DNA from: Chiloscyllium plagiosum
Lineage: Eukaryota
NCBI RefSeq assembly: GCF_004010195.1
Contig: NC_057754.1
Coordinates: forward strand, 2,326,228 to 2,390,227
Direction: 5' to 3'
DNA length: 64,000 bases
The position numbers and the translations under genes were made by a program. Below are positions 1 to 12,377 of this stretch, one piece after another. Every line of letters starts with the position of its first letter. The first letter of the stretch is position 1. The notes beneath the pieces were generated by a model. That model was not told the DNA's origin. It did not search any database and was given only the letters and a program-made list of their open reading frames with translations.

Positions 1-324
1 TAATGGTTTTCTCTCGCCCTTCATCAAAGGGCTCTTCCAGTCAGGATTAGAAACCCTAAAGCAACCTTGTCCTGGCCATCAATCCTCGCAGCCAACAGCA
101 GAGTGGTTCAGTGTTGAAACATAGCCCCCTTTACGACCCTAGCCATCTTAGATGGGGGTTTGGGCTTGAAAACACAAACAGATCCACCATGATCATATTG
201 AATGGTGGAGCAGGCTTCAAGGACTGATCAGTCTATATCTGTTCCTAGTTCATATTCCCACATTGAAAGGTTCTGAAGCCACTTTGACAGCTGCTGAGAA
301 AAGGCCTACTCTCTCTTTTGAGAG

Positions 325-629
325 AGATTAGATTACTTACAGTGTGGAAACAGGCCCTTCGGCCCAACAAGTCCACACCGACCCGCCGAAGCGCAACCCA
401 CCCATACCCCTACATTTACCCCTTTAACCTAACACTACGGGCAATTTAGCATGGCCAATTCGCCTGACCCGCACATTTTTTGGATTGTGGGAGGAAACCG
501 GAGCACCCGGAGGAAACCCACGCAGACACGGGGAGAACGTGCAAACTCCACACAGTCAGTCGCCTGAGTCGGGAATTGAACCCGGGTCTCTGGCGCTGTG
601 AGGCAGCAGTGCTAACCACTGTGCCACCG
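325..629 (-). mobile_element. HE1-type tRNA-derived SINE (left member of head-to-head pair)
   Basis: Reverse complement of 629-947: A box TGGCACAGTGG, B box GGTTCAATTCC, LINE-like tail and TAATC repeats. Lacks the first ~8 nt. Confidence 0.9.
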
Positions 630-947
630 GGCGGCACGGTGGCACAGTGGTTAGCACTGCTGCCTCACAGCGCCTGAGACCCGGGTTCAATTCCCGCCTC
701 AGGCGACTGACTGTGTGGAGTTTGCACGTTCTCCCCGTGTCTGCGTGGGTTTCCTCCGGGTGCTCCGGTGTCCTCCCACAGTCCAAAGGATGTGCAGGGG
801 CAGGTGAATTGGCCATGCTAAATTGCCCGTAGTGTTAGGTAAGGGGTAAATGTAGGGGTATGGGTGGGTTTCGCTTCGGCGGGTCGGTGTGGACTTGTTG
901 GGCCGAAGGGCCTGTTTCCACACTGTAATCTAATCTAATCTAATCTA
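629..947 (+). mobile_element. HE1-type tRNA-derived SINE, full length
   Basis: GGGCGGCACGGTGGCACAGTGGTTAGC (A box), GGTTCAATTCC (B box), 3' GGCCGAAGGGCCTGTTTCCACACTG shared with CR1 tails, and (TAATC)n end. Confidence 0.92.
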
Positions 948-1094
948 AAGGAGAGAGACAACTAATGATGGTTTAACCTGAGGGTCACCACCCTCTGACA
1001 AGAAGAGAAGCTGAAAAGGAAAGTCCTTCTTGGTACCTTTAGCCTGTGCAGGAATCAAACCCATCACTCTGCATTGCAAACCAACCATCCAGCC

Positions 1095-1550
1095 GACTAC
1101 TATGATAACTGCTCTGCCCAGGTCCATAAGAAACAACAGAGAGTTGTGAACACAGCCCAGTCGATCACGCAAACCAATCTTCCATCCATTGACTCTATCT
1201 ACACTTCTCGCCATTTCAGAAAAACAGCCAACATCATCAAAGATTCTCTCCCACCCGGTTATAATCCCCTCCAACCTCTTCCATCATGCAGAAAATATAA
1301 AACACATCTCCCAACAGGTTTAAGAACAACTTCTTTCCTGCTGTTATTAGACTTCTCAATGGACCCTTCAAATTTCAAATTTAAATATTGATCTCGCTCT
1401 TTGTGCACCTTCTCTGCCGCCATTAAATTGTACTCCTCGCTCTGTTCTATCACCCTGATGATTTTGTATGGTATGATCTACCTGTACTGCACACAAAACA
1501 AAACTTCACCATACCTAGGTACACGTGATAACGATAAATAAAAATAAAAC
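1095..1550 (+). mobile_element. Rex1/Babar LINE 3' fragment
   Basis: ORF 1074-1391 reads NCSAQ..KKQQRVVNTAQSITQTNLPSIDSIYTSR...ANIIKD..P.Y, typical of the Rex1 ORF C-terminus, followed by a 3' UTR ending in AATAAA-like repeats. Confidence 0.75.
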
Positions 1551-1554
1551 TGGG

Positions 1555-2640
1555 CTAACTGGTGGGTGAGGGTTTGGTATGCTAAACAGTTGGCGGGGGG
1601 GGGGAATGGTAGGGATGAGAGTGTTAACGGTATGGGGAGTAGTGGTAAAAATGGTGGATAATAGAGGGAATAGGGTGGCCAAAAGGTGGGCCAGGTAGGA
1701 TGCCAGGTGTTTGGGAGTTTAGAGTATCTGCTAAATGTGGTTTAGGATGCCAGGTGATTGAGGGAGTGGGTTGGCAGGTGTGTTGGGAGAGTAGGCAGAT
1801 GAGTGTTGGCAGATGAGTGAAGTTGGGTGGCAGTGAGTGAAGGATAGGGAGGCAGGTGGGTGAAGGCAAGGATACCAGGTGGGTGAGGGGTTATAGTGCC
1901 ATGTGGGTTGTGTGCAAGGTGATGTGGGTTTTGGGATACAAGGTAGGTCAGAGGTTGGGCAAATAGGTGATTTTGTTGTAGTGGGCCAGGTGGGTAAGGG
2001 GTTAGACTGATAGATGAATGAGGGAGGAAGGCGGTGAGTGGGTGGGTAGTAAGATCTCAGTGCGAGATGTAGAATGCCAGGTGGATGCCAGATAATGAGG
2101 CGATATGGTGACAGGTTGATGAGGGGTAGGGTGGCACTTGGGTGAGGTGTAGAATATGAGGTGTGTAAGGATAGGGTGGCAGGTGAGTGAGGTACAGCTA
2201 CCAAATGGGTAGCTGCCAGTGGGTGATGGGTAAGGTGGCAGCTAAGTGAAGGATAGGGTGCGAGGTGAGAGGGATAATGGTCTCGTGTGAGGGTGTTTGA
2301 GCAGATGAGTGAAGAGTACCAGCTGAATGTATGCTGTCGGCTGAGTGATAGGTCAAGTTGGCTAGTGTATTGGTAGGGCAAGAGGGCAGGTGGGTGAAGG
2401 GTTATCATACCACATGGGTAGTGGGGTAATAGTGGACTAGGTGATTGAGGAGATAGGATGGCAGGTATTTGGGAGGTAAAGGTACCAGGTAGGTGGGAAT
2501 AGGATGCCAGGTAAGTGGATGAGTTCTTAGAGGAGGAAAGGGAAAGTTTGGCTGGGTCTAAGGGAGGAGAATTGGAGAGGTCTGTTAAAGAGGTTTTGTG
2601 GCGGTGAGAAGAGATGTCAGAAGATAGGGGCAATGCTCAA
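1555..2640. repeat. G-rich low-complexity/degenerate tandem region (GGATGCCAGGTG-like units)
   Basis: Recurrent ggatgccaggtg/ggcaggtgggtga words and strong G/C strand skew. The minus-strand ORF is P/S/H-rich noise. Confidence 0.7.
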
Positions 2641-2849
2641 CTCCAACGGAGGAGTTGTCAGGTGTCTAGTAGGTTTCCAGGAAGGTGATTCCGGTGTGGG
2701 GAGCTGCAGCTTGTTTGAGTGGATTTGGTCAAGGGGGTTATTCAGTTCAGGTCAGGATGGGTCAAAGCTCTTAGGTCTATGGGGAGACTAGTCTGAGCAC
2801 AGTATTGGGTGAGATTAGTCAAGTGAGGCTTATCAAGGGATCAAACTTA

Positions 2850-2955
2850 TGATTCTTGAAGAAGAGTCATATCGGACTGGAAACATTAACTTTGTTTCTC
2901 TCACCACCGATGCTACCAGACCTGCTGAGCTGCCCTAGCACTTTCTGTATATTTT
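2850..2955 (+). mobile_element. Degenerate PLE terminal-repeat fragment with decayed hammerhead
   Basis: ttgaagaagagtcatatcggactggaaacattaac...gatgctaccagacctgctgag; same family as 31861-31985. Confidence 0.6.
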
Positions 2956-3064
2956 TCAAATGTCTGACTTGCTGGTCTACATGATTATGTTTATCCATTT
3001 TGGGTTACCAAAGGGGGTTTTAAGTTTAGAAATATTACTTTTCTCAAACCTACCTCCAAAACAG

Positions 3065-3595
3065 TTATAGAGTCATAGAGTCATACAGCACAGAAACAGA
3101 GTCTTCAGTCCAACCAGTCCATGCCAAACTAGTCTGCTCCTGACCCATATCCCTCCAAGTATTTCTTATTCATGTACTTATCCCAATATCTTTTAAACAT
3201 GGTAACTGTACCACATCCACCACTCCCTCTGGAAGTTCATTCCATACACGAACCATTCTCTGTTTAACACAAATTGCCCTGATTTCTTTTTAAAATCCTT
3301 CTCCTCTCACCTTAAAAATGTGTCCCCTGTCTTGAAATCCCCCACCCTAGGGAAAAAACACTTACCATTCACCTTATCTATACCCCTCATAATTTTATAA
3401 AGCTCTAATGAAAAATGTCCCAGCCAATCCAGCCTCTCCTTGTAACTCAAGTCCTCCATCCCTGGCATTGTAAATGGTAAATCTCTACTGAACCCTCTCC
3501 AGTTTAATAATAATCTTCCTATAACAAAACCTCGACACAGTACTCCAGAAGAGGCCTCACCAACATCTGCACAACTTCAGCGTAACGTCCCAACT
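3065..3595 (-). mobile_element. CR1/HER1-type LINE 3' fragment
   Basis: Begins with the tagagtcatagagtc tail repeat; reverse complement of the CR1 3' region seen at 39400-39970. Confidence 0.85.
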
Positions 3596-4440
3596 TAAGT
3601 TAACTTGTATTTCACTTTGTAAAAACTCTCAAGACATTTCACATTAACATTAAAAGACCAAACCATATGAAGTGTTAGTGGGACAGGTAGTTAACAAGAC
3701 ACCCTGTTACTGGAGCGAATCCAAGTGACTTTGTTGTCTTCCATGGGATCTCTCGTGACTGAAGAGTCTGATGCAGGATCAGCATGAATATCCACCGAGC
3801 TGGCAGTTCATGTTGTCATTGTCGGTTCTTGGGGAGCAGTTCAAAAGCTTAGTGAAAGGAATAGGCTTTCAGGAGAAAGAAAGTACTTGAGTTAAACAAT
3901 CCAATGTAATCAGATGGCTGCAATGAAAATGAATTTATTGATGCTCCATGTGATAACAAGAGTTTACATATTTATGAGACGTTTAATAAAATTACAGCAA
4001 AAATGCTAATTGCTTTTACAGCTTTGAGTGAATAGCTACACTTAAGCATGATGAATGTTGAAACAGCTTTTTAAGTGAAGTAGTTGCCTGTGAGTGCAGA
4101 GAAATAATGAATCTCCAGGAGTGCTTGGTTGGTAGTAATCTAAATAACGGGTGTGAGTGATTAGAAACAGTAATGGTTACCCATCAGTGAGTTACTGCAA
4201 ACTAATTTTTTTTTATTATTCATTCATTCTCGCAATGAAGGCATCACTGGCTAGGCAGCATTTATTGCCCATCCCGAATTGCCCAGAAGGCAGTTGAGTC
4301 AAGCATGTTGCTATTGGTCTCGAGTCACATGCAGGTCAGAAAAGGTGAGGTTACCATATTTTCTTCCCTAAAGGTCAGTAGTGAACCAGGTGTGTTTTAG
4401 TTATGGTTACAAAATTGTCATCAGGTAAGTATTTTCACTT

Positions 4441-4795
4441 GGGAGTAATTTGCAGACTGGAATCTCATATAGGGGCTCAGGATAGTTTATGCATGTGATA
4501 ACAGTTACCTAGGTATGAGTGACAGATTAGAATACATTTGAGGGAGGCAAATTTATAGAGAAGATAACAGATACCGAGGAGCAATTTGCAGGCTAGCATC
4601 TCTTACACATGACTTATGTGTATGATAACAGGTACCCAGGTCTGAATTACAAACTGGAACCTAACTGAGGGGTTCAGGGCGGTTTATATATAGAATAACA
4701 GATTCCTGAGAGCAAGTTACAGACTGGAATCTAATCGAGTTACTCAGGATGTTTATACATAGGATAACAGATATCTGAGCGTGAGTGAACATAAT
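4441..4795. repeat. Degenerate ~69-70 bp tandem repeat
   Basis: About 5 units of (gagttacagactggaatctaatcgaggggttcagggcggtttatatatagaataacagatacc). Confidence 0.75.
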
Positions 4796-5609
4796 CGAGA
4801 TTAATGATTGTGCAATCCTAAATTGAGATCATTTTCTTTCAGTACTTGCGGTGTTTTCCAATTTGATACTTTGTCAGTGACACTGCTATTTGTTCATTTC
4901 TCCTTTTATTTTTGTCATTGCTGACACTGATAACCTGAACTCATCTTGTGGTTGATGAGTAGTGATACAGACAGTAGCAGGAGTGCAGCAATTACTGCAA
5001 AGTTCATTTAGCCCATTTTTGCAATGTTCCTCATGCAAGAGATCATTTTGAGATACGCACTGGTGCAGTGTGCGAGTGAATGCGATGGGAATGGGAGTTA
5101 GGAGAATGGAGACAAAAGCACTTTTGATGAGGTATATTTTTTCCAGGGGACGATGAAGAGGAATGAAAAGTGATGAGTTGCTGGTGGTGGCCTGGATTGA
5201 AAAAACCATAAGACGGGAGATAGCATGTTGAAGGACATTGGGATATTTGATTGGTGTGGATGTCGAGGATAGGCCAGAGTGATGACTAGTGCCATGACAT
5301 CAATATGATGTGGGCCATAGGAGCTGGTGGAGCTCGCCAAACTGAGGAATCGTGAGGTTGTGTATGAAAGGATTCAAGCTGCAGGTTTTAGATTAGCTGA
5401 CAACCGTTAAACTGATAAAATGTACAGCATGTATCTCAGGCTCAGCTAGCTCTTATTGTGAGAATTTGGCAACTCACTGGTTTCAGCAATATCAAGGATA
5501 TCTCCTTGGGTAGATCCTACCTCTGTCACCAAAGAGTTATAGTTACGTGGTGAAACAGCAAATAGGTTACATACTCTACGTTGCGATGAAATCTGCATTC
5601 ACAGTGCTG

Positions 5610-6228
5610 GAAAGTGTCCTTTATTGCGAGAAGGATGGAATTTAAAAATAGGGTGGTTACACTGCAGCTGTATAGGGTATTGGTGAGGCCACACCTGGAA
5701 TACTGTGTACAGTTTTGGTCTCCTTGCTTGAGAAAAGATTTACTAGAATGGGGCGGGGGGTGCAGAGGAGGTTCACTAGGTTGACGGTGCAGTTGAGAGG
5801 GTTGGCTTATGAGGAGAGACTGAGTAGACTGGGATTATACTTATTGGAATTTAGAAGAATGAGGGGGGATCTTGTGGAAGCATATAAAATTACAAAGGGA
5901 GTACATAAGATAGAAGCAGGGAGGGTATTCACACTGGCAGATGAAACTACAACTGGAGGGCATAGCCTCAAAATAAGGGGGAGCAGATTGAGGACTGAGT
6001 TGAGGAGGAACATCTTCACCAAAATGGTTGGGAATCTGTGGAATGCCCTTCCCATTGAAGCAGTTGAGGCTACTTCATTGAATGTTTTTAAGGCAAAGAT
6101 AGATAGAGATTTGAACAGTAAAGGAATTAAGGGCTATGGTAAGCAGACAGGTAAAGGGAGCTGATCAGCCACAGCGGAGCAGGCTTGATGGGCCAGATGG
6201 CCTACTCCTGCTCTTTGTTCTTATGTAA
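5610..6228 (+). mobile_element. CR1 LINE 3' fragment
   Basis: [13 protein letters not shown]...VQRRFTRL...YEERLSRLGLY.LEFRRMRGDL...GGHSLKI...WNALP (ORF 5715-6164) followed by a CR1 tail. Confidence 0.9.
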
Positions 6229-7417
6229 GTGACCAGAGGAGCTGATATCTCTGTACTTCCTACAACCTAGGCATTCATCTGGTTTCACATCCGATTTCTG
6301 AAGCTTTCTGTAATCATACAAATGTGAGTGTCTGTGCTACTTAACACGGACAAAAGCAGCATGTGACTCCGTTGATTAAAAGGACACTAAGATTGATAAT
6401 AAGGAATTGCTTGCAAATTTTTGCCACACGTGTTGTCACAGGGTGCATTTAGTTACAGCAATATACAATGAAGTATTTATGAAATATGAACAAATGGGCT
6501 ATGTTCAGGGCCTGCATACCCCATCATTTATGCATGCAAATGACATCAGAGTCACTTTAGCCGAGAGAGGGAAATAAATCACTGTAATAAGTACAACATT
6601 AGCCATGCCTGACTGCACATTTTTGTTTCAAGAAATATGGAGCTGTGTTACCATGAGTTTTGTTTAGTGTTAAATCCTTCATTTTGAACTGCAATCAAAA
6701 TTAAAATGAAAGATGTCTCATCGAGGGCGTTCCATTTCAACATATGGCTGAGGCAAACAGCGATACAGGACACCAATGATAGTAATCTCTGTCACTGGAA
6801 AATTCATCAGTTGAGAAATCATCATTTGTTTTTAAATAACAGTTATCTATTTGTTTGTGCATAGTCATTCTAACTGTATGTAGGACTATTTATGTCTTTA
6901 AGTTATGAGTCTAAGAGTCATGTTGTGTGATAAGAAGGAACAATTTCAAAGTGTCAAAAGAGTTGGGAAATATCTGATTTGAAATTTTCACTTCAGAGCT
7001 TTTATTTTCAGGTACATGGTCAGTGAATGCACTGACTTGTGTAGAAGTTGTTCTATCAGTACTAGCTACTATCTGGTACCCAAGCAATTGTAATTCAGAA
7101 CCTGCTCGTCTAACTAGAATGGTGACAGACTGCATCATGCTTAGGTCTCATCCTGTACATACCCAACAGCCAATAATTTCTCCATTCTGGTGATGGAAAC
7201 ATTAATAGCAACTATTTTCATCCATCCTGAATTGCCCTTGAGAAGGTGAAGGGGAGCTTCCTTCTTCAACTGCTGCAGCCCTTGTGGTGTGTGGACACTC
7301 ACTGTGTTGTGTGAAAGGATGTTCCAGGACTTTGTCCCAATGACAATGAAGGAAGAGGACTATAGTCCCAAGTCAAAGTTTAATATTATTTGGCGGGTAA
7401 CTTGCAGTTAGTGATAT

Positions 7418-8380
7418 TAGGTACAAAAGCTTAAGCACACATACCAACAGGTTCAAGAACAGTTTCTCCCTGCTGTTATTAGATTTGTGAATGGACCTCT
7501 CAAATTTCAAATCTTACGCTGATCTTGCTTTCTGTGCATCTTCTTTGCAGCCATAATTTTGTATTCCTCATTCTGTTCAATCACCTGCGCCCACACCTCC
7601 CCCCCACCCCCACTAACTCCATTCAAGGCCCCAAAGGATCCTTCCACATCCGGCAGAGATTTTCCTGCACATCCAAACACCTCATCTACAGTGTCGTTTT
7701 CTCAATATGGTCTCATCTACACTGGGGAGACAGGACGCCAACACCGTGGAACATTTCAGAGAACATGCCTGGACAACAGTCACGGAACGACCCCACTGCC
7801 CTGTGGCCAACCACTTCAACTCCCCCTCCTGCTCCGCCAAGGATGTGCAAGTCCTGCACCACCTCCACCACCAAATCCTAGCCACCGACACCTGGAGGAA
7901 GAATGCCTCATCTTCCATCTTGGGGCTGTCCAACCATACAGCATCAACATGGATTTCACCAGTTTCCTCATCTCCCCGCCCTCCACCTTATTCCAGATCC
8001 AACCCTCCAACTCGGCACTGCCCCTTTGGACTGTCCTACCTGTCCATCATCCTTCCCACCTATACGCTCAACCCTCCACTCCAACCTATCCCCCACTTTC
8101 ATCTACCTATCGCCTTCCCAGCTACCTTGCCCACCCCCTCATTCCTGATGAAGTGCTTATGCCCAAAACATTGATTCTCCTGCTCCTTGGATGCTGCTTG
8201 ACCTGCTGTGCTTTTTCAGCGCCACACTGTTTGACTCTGATCCCCAGCATCTGCAATTCTCACTTTCTCCTATCACCCTAATGCACTTTGCATGGTATGA
8301 TCGGTCTGTACTGCACGCAAAACAAAACTTATCACTGTACCTGTGTACATGTGACAGTATAAATCAAATCGAATCAAATC
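7418..8380 (+). mobile_element. Rex1-type 3' end interrupted by a PLE insertion (7586-8271)
   Basis: 7418-7585 and 8272-8380 are collinear with 1295-1550; ATCACC is duplicated at 7580-7585 and 8272-8277. Confidence 0.7.
7586..8271 (+). mobile_element. Penelope-like element 3' fragment (GIY-YIG endonuclease remnant plus terminal repeat)
   Basis: IQGPKGSFHIRQRFSCTSKHLIY...YGLIYTGETGRQ...HFREH...PVANHFNSP, then a decayed hammerhead (cctgatgaagtgcttatgcccaaaacattg, ~8144-8173) and the shared terminal sequence. Confidence 0.85.
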
Positions 8381-8579
8381 CCAAATGTCACCTGTGTTGT
8401 CCATCCAGGTGGTAGCAATTGCAGGTTTGGAAGCTGCTGTTGAACTGCTTTTGTAGATGCTCGATGCTGTCAGATGGTGATGCAAATGAATGTTTCATTG
8501 ATACATGGCATGTGAGTCATGTGGGCTGCTTTCTCCTGGATGACGTCAAGCTCCTTGTGCGTCGTTGGACTACATCAAT

Positions 8580-8704
8580 CCATCAGGAAGAAGGAGCAAT
8601 AGTCCAAAAGCTTAAGATTTCAAATAAACCTGTTGGACTATAACCTGGTGTCGTGTGACTTCTGACTTTGTCCACCCCAGTCCAATACCGGCTCCTCCCC
8701 ATCA
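8580..8704 (+). mobile_element. PLE terminal-repeat fragment (tagtccaacagg family)
   Basis: aaataaacctgttggactataacctggtgtcgtgtg...ccccagtccaataccggctcctcc; same family as 21489-21791. Confidence 0.75.
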
Positions 8705-10039
8705 GAGAATGCGAAGAGACTTTGAGGAGTCAGGTGAGTTACTCACTTCAAAATTCCCAAAGCTCACTTCATTTCTGACTTCCATAACAGAACAATGAAC
8801 AATAAAAACAAATCTTCCTAGTCTGTTTGGTTCAGCTCCACAAACAGCAACACGGTTTCTCAGTGATCTTCCATGACAATATTGGGCGCCAGTGATATAT
8901 TTATCACATCAGAATTGTGATCTCCTTTCTCACTATAAATAACCTCTACCTGGGTCCCATGTCAGTTCCAACTAGTAACCAAGCAATGCTGCCTCTTCCA
9001 ACCAATGTAACGCTCTCCCTACTAAGCTTGCTGCCTTGTTGCATACCAGCTACTGTGATTTCTGAAATGAATCTGTAAGTTATAGGACAGTAAGCATAAC
9101 TGCAGTTTTAAGAAGAAAATAGGATTATTTAACAGAGCATGAATTGAAATGTGGCATTTGAAATGTGAATCCACATTCTCAACTACCTTGGAGTCCCCAT
9201 CAACAATCCCGCATTTTCTTCTCTCTTAGAAAGGAGATTATTGTAGTGATAAAGGAACAAATTTTGTCCTGTTGCACTGATGGTGTTTGTAATTGGTTTT
9301 GGGAGCTGAGGCAGGATAAAATATGTAGTTTGGTCGTTTATTGTATCTTTACTCTTGTGTACAGTGATCTGATACAGTTTGCAGCAGGATATTCCTGGCA
9401 CTGGCTGCTGAAGCCCTTTGTGAGTTAGTTGTGAAACAGATGGACGAGCTAATTGTTGAAGTGTTTCGTGTTATTGGTGCTGTGTTGACACTAAGCAATG
9501 GAACCTCTTGGTTTGAAAGAACTGGGCTAGGATGTGCTGACCACCCTCCTCAATACAGAGAATGGATATGATTTCACCCACCCAGTCATTCCTCCATGTG
9601 TATCAGGCATTCCTGGCAAGCCAAACTGACTTGAATGGTGGTGAAAGCATGTCAAACAGTTTCCATTTTATGAAATTCTGATAAGGGCTTTAGCTGATTG
9701 ATGGCAGGAGCAAAGCTCATTAATGGCTTTCTGTGATGTCTGAATGTCCTGCAGTGCTGTCATTGCCTGCACTGACAGGTGACCATTTCCAGTGGGAGCC
9801 AGGGGGCCTTGAGAAGGTTCAGCAATCTGAACAGCAGCTTGAAGCTAATTACTTGAAAATCTGGGCAGAATGTTTAAGAAACATCACTAAAATAACGTAA
9901 AGCTTTCATTCTTTTGCCAGTGTGGTCCATTAATTTTGTCTCTGATAGCTTGGTCTCTGCTTCTAAAACTTCTCTTTCCAACTCTTCCCACATCTTATCC
10001 TGACTTGTACTGTGTACTTTTCCATATGTGCTAACAGGT

Positions 10040-10445
10040 TCTGTCTTTAGTTTTGTCTTTTTCTCTATCTGTCTCTCTTTGATCTCTCTTTCTCTCTGGC
10101 TCACTCTAAATCTCGCTTTTTTTTCTCTCTCTCCATCTCTTCTCTGCTTTTTCTCTACGTCTATCTTTGTCTTTTTCTCTATCTTTCTTTCTCACTTTCT
10201 CTCCCTTCCTTTGTCTCTTGCTTTCTTTTTCTTTCTCCTCTCTCTCCCTCACTCATTCTGTCTTTCTTTGTCCATTTCTTTCACTCTCTTTCTCACTTCC
10301 TTTCTCACTGTCTTTCTCTCTTTCCTTCTCTATTTATCCTTCTTTCTTTCTCACCTTCTTCAGCTTTTCTCTCTCTCTCACTTGCTCTTTCTTTCCTTCT
10401 TGCTCGGTCTTTCTCCCCTTGTCTCTCTCTCTCTCTCTCTCACCC
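10040..10445. repeat. CT-rich microsatellite/low-complexity tract
   Basis: Nearly pure C/T with (CT)n runs. Confidence 0.9.
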
Positions 10446-11024
10446 CTTTCGTTCCTTTATCACAAATACTTGTGGCCGTAAGTCCTCAGTCTGTTGATTT
10501 TTTTTCTCATCTCAAGGTGCGCAGGTCAGTAATGCACCTCCAGTGCTACACAGAATTGCCTTACCTTACCCAGCACAGACTGAGCTTCTATCCTCCTTAC
10601 TGTGTGTGTCTCAAGACCACACCAGTGAGTGTTTCCACATACGCATCAACTGACTAATAATGTCAGTCTGGTTCTCTGTGGTTTCAAATCAAATTCACTC
10701 AGCTTGCATTAAAAATCTGTGGCCTTGCTGGTTCCAAGATGAAAATGTGAGTGTCTTGGGGGCTCATTACACTATTGTGCTATGTTAGGGCATTATTTTT
10801 ATCACTGTTTAAAATCTGTGATTATCTAATGGTCTTGATTTGTGCTGCCTAAGGATTTTCAGAAAGGGAGTCTGTCACGTGTAAAAGCTCCTAACTCATA
10901 GATGATGTTGACCCTAAAATTCAACACACTGAGTTGGGCCAGTTTGGCACTATGAGTCAACTGTTCTACCCCTCGATGCTCTGAGATGACAGAATTTCCT
11001 GAGTCGGTTATTTTACATATGGAG

Positions 11025-11465
11025 TCAAAGAGTTATAGAGCTGTATAGCATGGAAACAGACCCTTCAATATCTTACCATTACGTGTATAAGTCCTAGCCT
11101 GATTTGCCTTTCCAAAATGCAGCAACTCACATTTATCTAAATTAAACTTCATCTGCCACTTCTCAGGCCATTGGCCCATCTGATCAAGGTCCCATTGTAC
11201 TCTGAGGTAACCTACTTCTTCGCTGTCCACTACACCTCCAATGTTGGTGTCATCTGCAAACTTACTAACCGTACCTCATATGTTCACATCCAAATCATTT
11301 ATATAAATGGTGAAAAGCAGTGGACCCAGCACACACTGGTCACAGGCCTCCAGTCTGAAAAGCAACCCTCCACACCATCTTGTACCTTCGAGCCAGCTCT
11401 CTATCCAAATGGCTAGTTCTCCCTGTATTCCATGTGATCTAACCTTGCTAACCAGTCTCCCATGG
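11025..11465 (-). mobile_element. CR1 LINE fragment (internally deleted, RT C-terminal part)
   Basis: Minus strand encodes SKFADDT...QWDLDQMGQW.EKWQMKFNLDKCE.LHFGKAN, joined to a CR1 tail. Confidence 0.85.
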
Positions 11466-12377
11466 AGTGCAGTGGAGATTTCTCCGATAAATCCCTTGAA
11501 TGACAGGAGTGAGGATACTAGGAAATGAGAACTTTTGGTCAGCCAGCTTTAGCTAAAGATTACTGAAGTAGGTTGATGAAGCAGCAAACTTCTACTTTGG
11601 GGCTTACTTTTTTAAAGACTTTTCATGGGATATGGGTATCTCTGGACAGGCGTCTCCCTGTTTGCCCTCGAGACTGTGGTGTTGAGCTGCTGCAGTAGTG
11701 TGGTATAGTAATAGCCACACTGTTGTCAGAACGGGAGGTCCAGGATTTTGACCCAGCAAATCCTCTGTAAGACAACCAAAAAAAAAGAAGTGAGAGCAAA
11801 TTCATGAGAAAGGCTCAATTTCAGTGAGTCAGACTTCCACACTCTATCTCAAGGAGATATACTGCTGGTTTTGCTTATAAAAACCTCCAAAAGAAGCCTT
11901 AGTCCGTTTGGAATTAAAGGTTATTGGGGGTAGGTAGGAATGTGAAATTTAAAACACAAACAGATGAGCTATGGTTTTACTAAATGGCAGTGCAGGCTCG
12001 AAGGGTTGAATGACTGCTCCTAATTGCTATGTTTATAAGTTTGAAGAGGAGGTAGAGCCAGTATTGTTCCTCCTCCCTCGCATTCAGAACTGCTGACAGT
12101 GCAGTAAGATGTTCAATGACCTATTCAGAATGCATAAGCTAACAAACCGATCACACTTTCTTGTCTTTACTGTCAGCTCATCTGCACACTGAATTCTGGC
12201 TGAAGTGGACTCAAACAATGGTCTGAAAGTGTGTGTGGCTATGCTCACCCAGATAACCAAACCACTGACTTGGGGATCCATCTCCAGTTTCTTCAGAGCT
12301 ACAGAATAAAACTAGATGGAGAGGGGTTTCAGAATGTCCAGTAATGTCAATGCAACAGAGTTGGCTGGTGTTTAGTA

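Noticed and set aside
629..705. tRNA gene-like A/B boxes
   Set aside because: SINE head continuing into the HE1 body; not a tRNA gene.
1731..2633. 300-aa minus-strand ORF
   Set aside because: Product of G-rich low-complexity DNA; P/S/H/L-biased with no domain or splice support.
10028..10657. 209-aa hydrophobic ORF
   Set aside because: Translation of a CT microsatellite.
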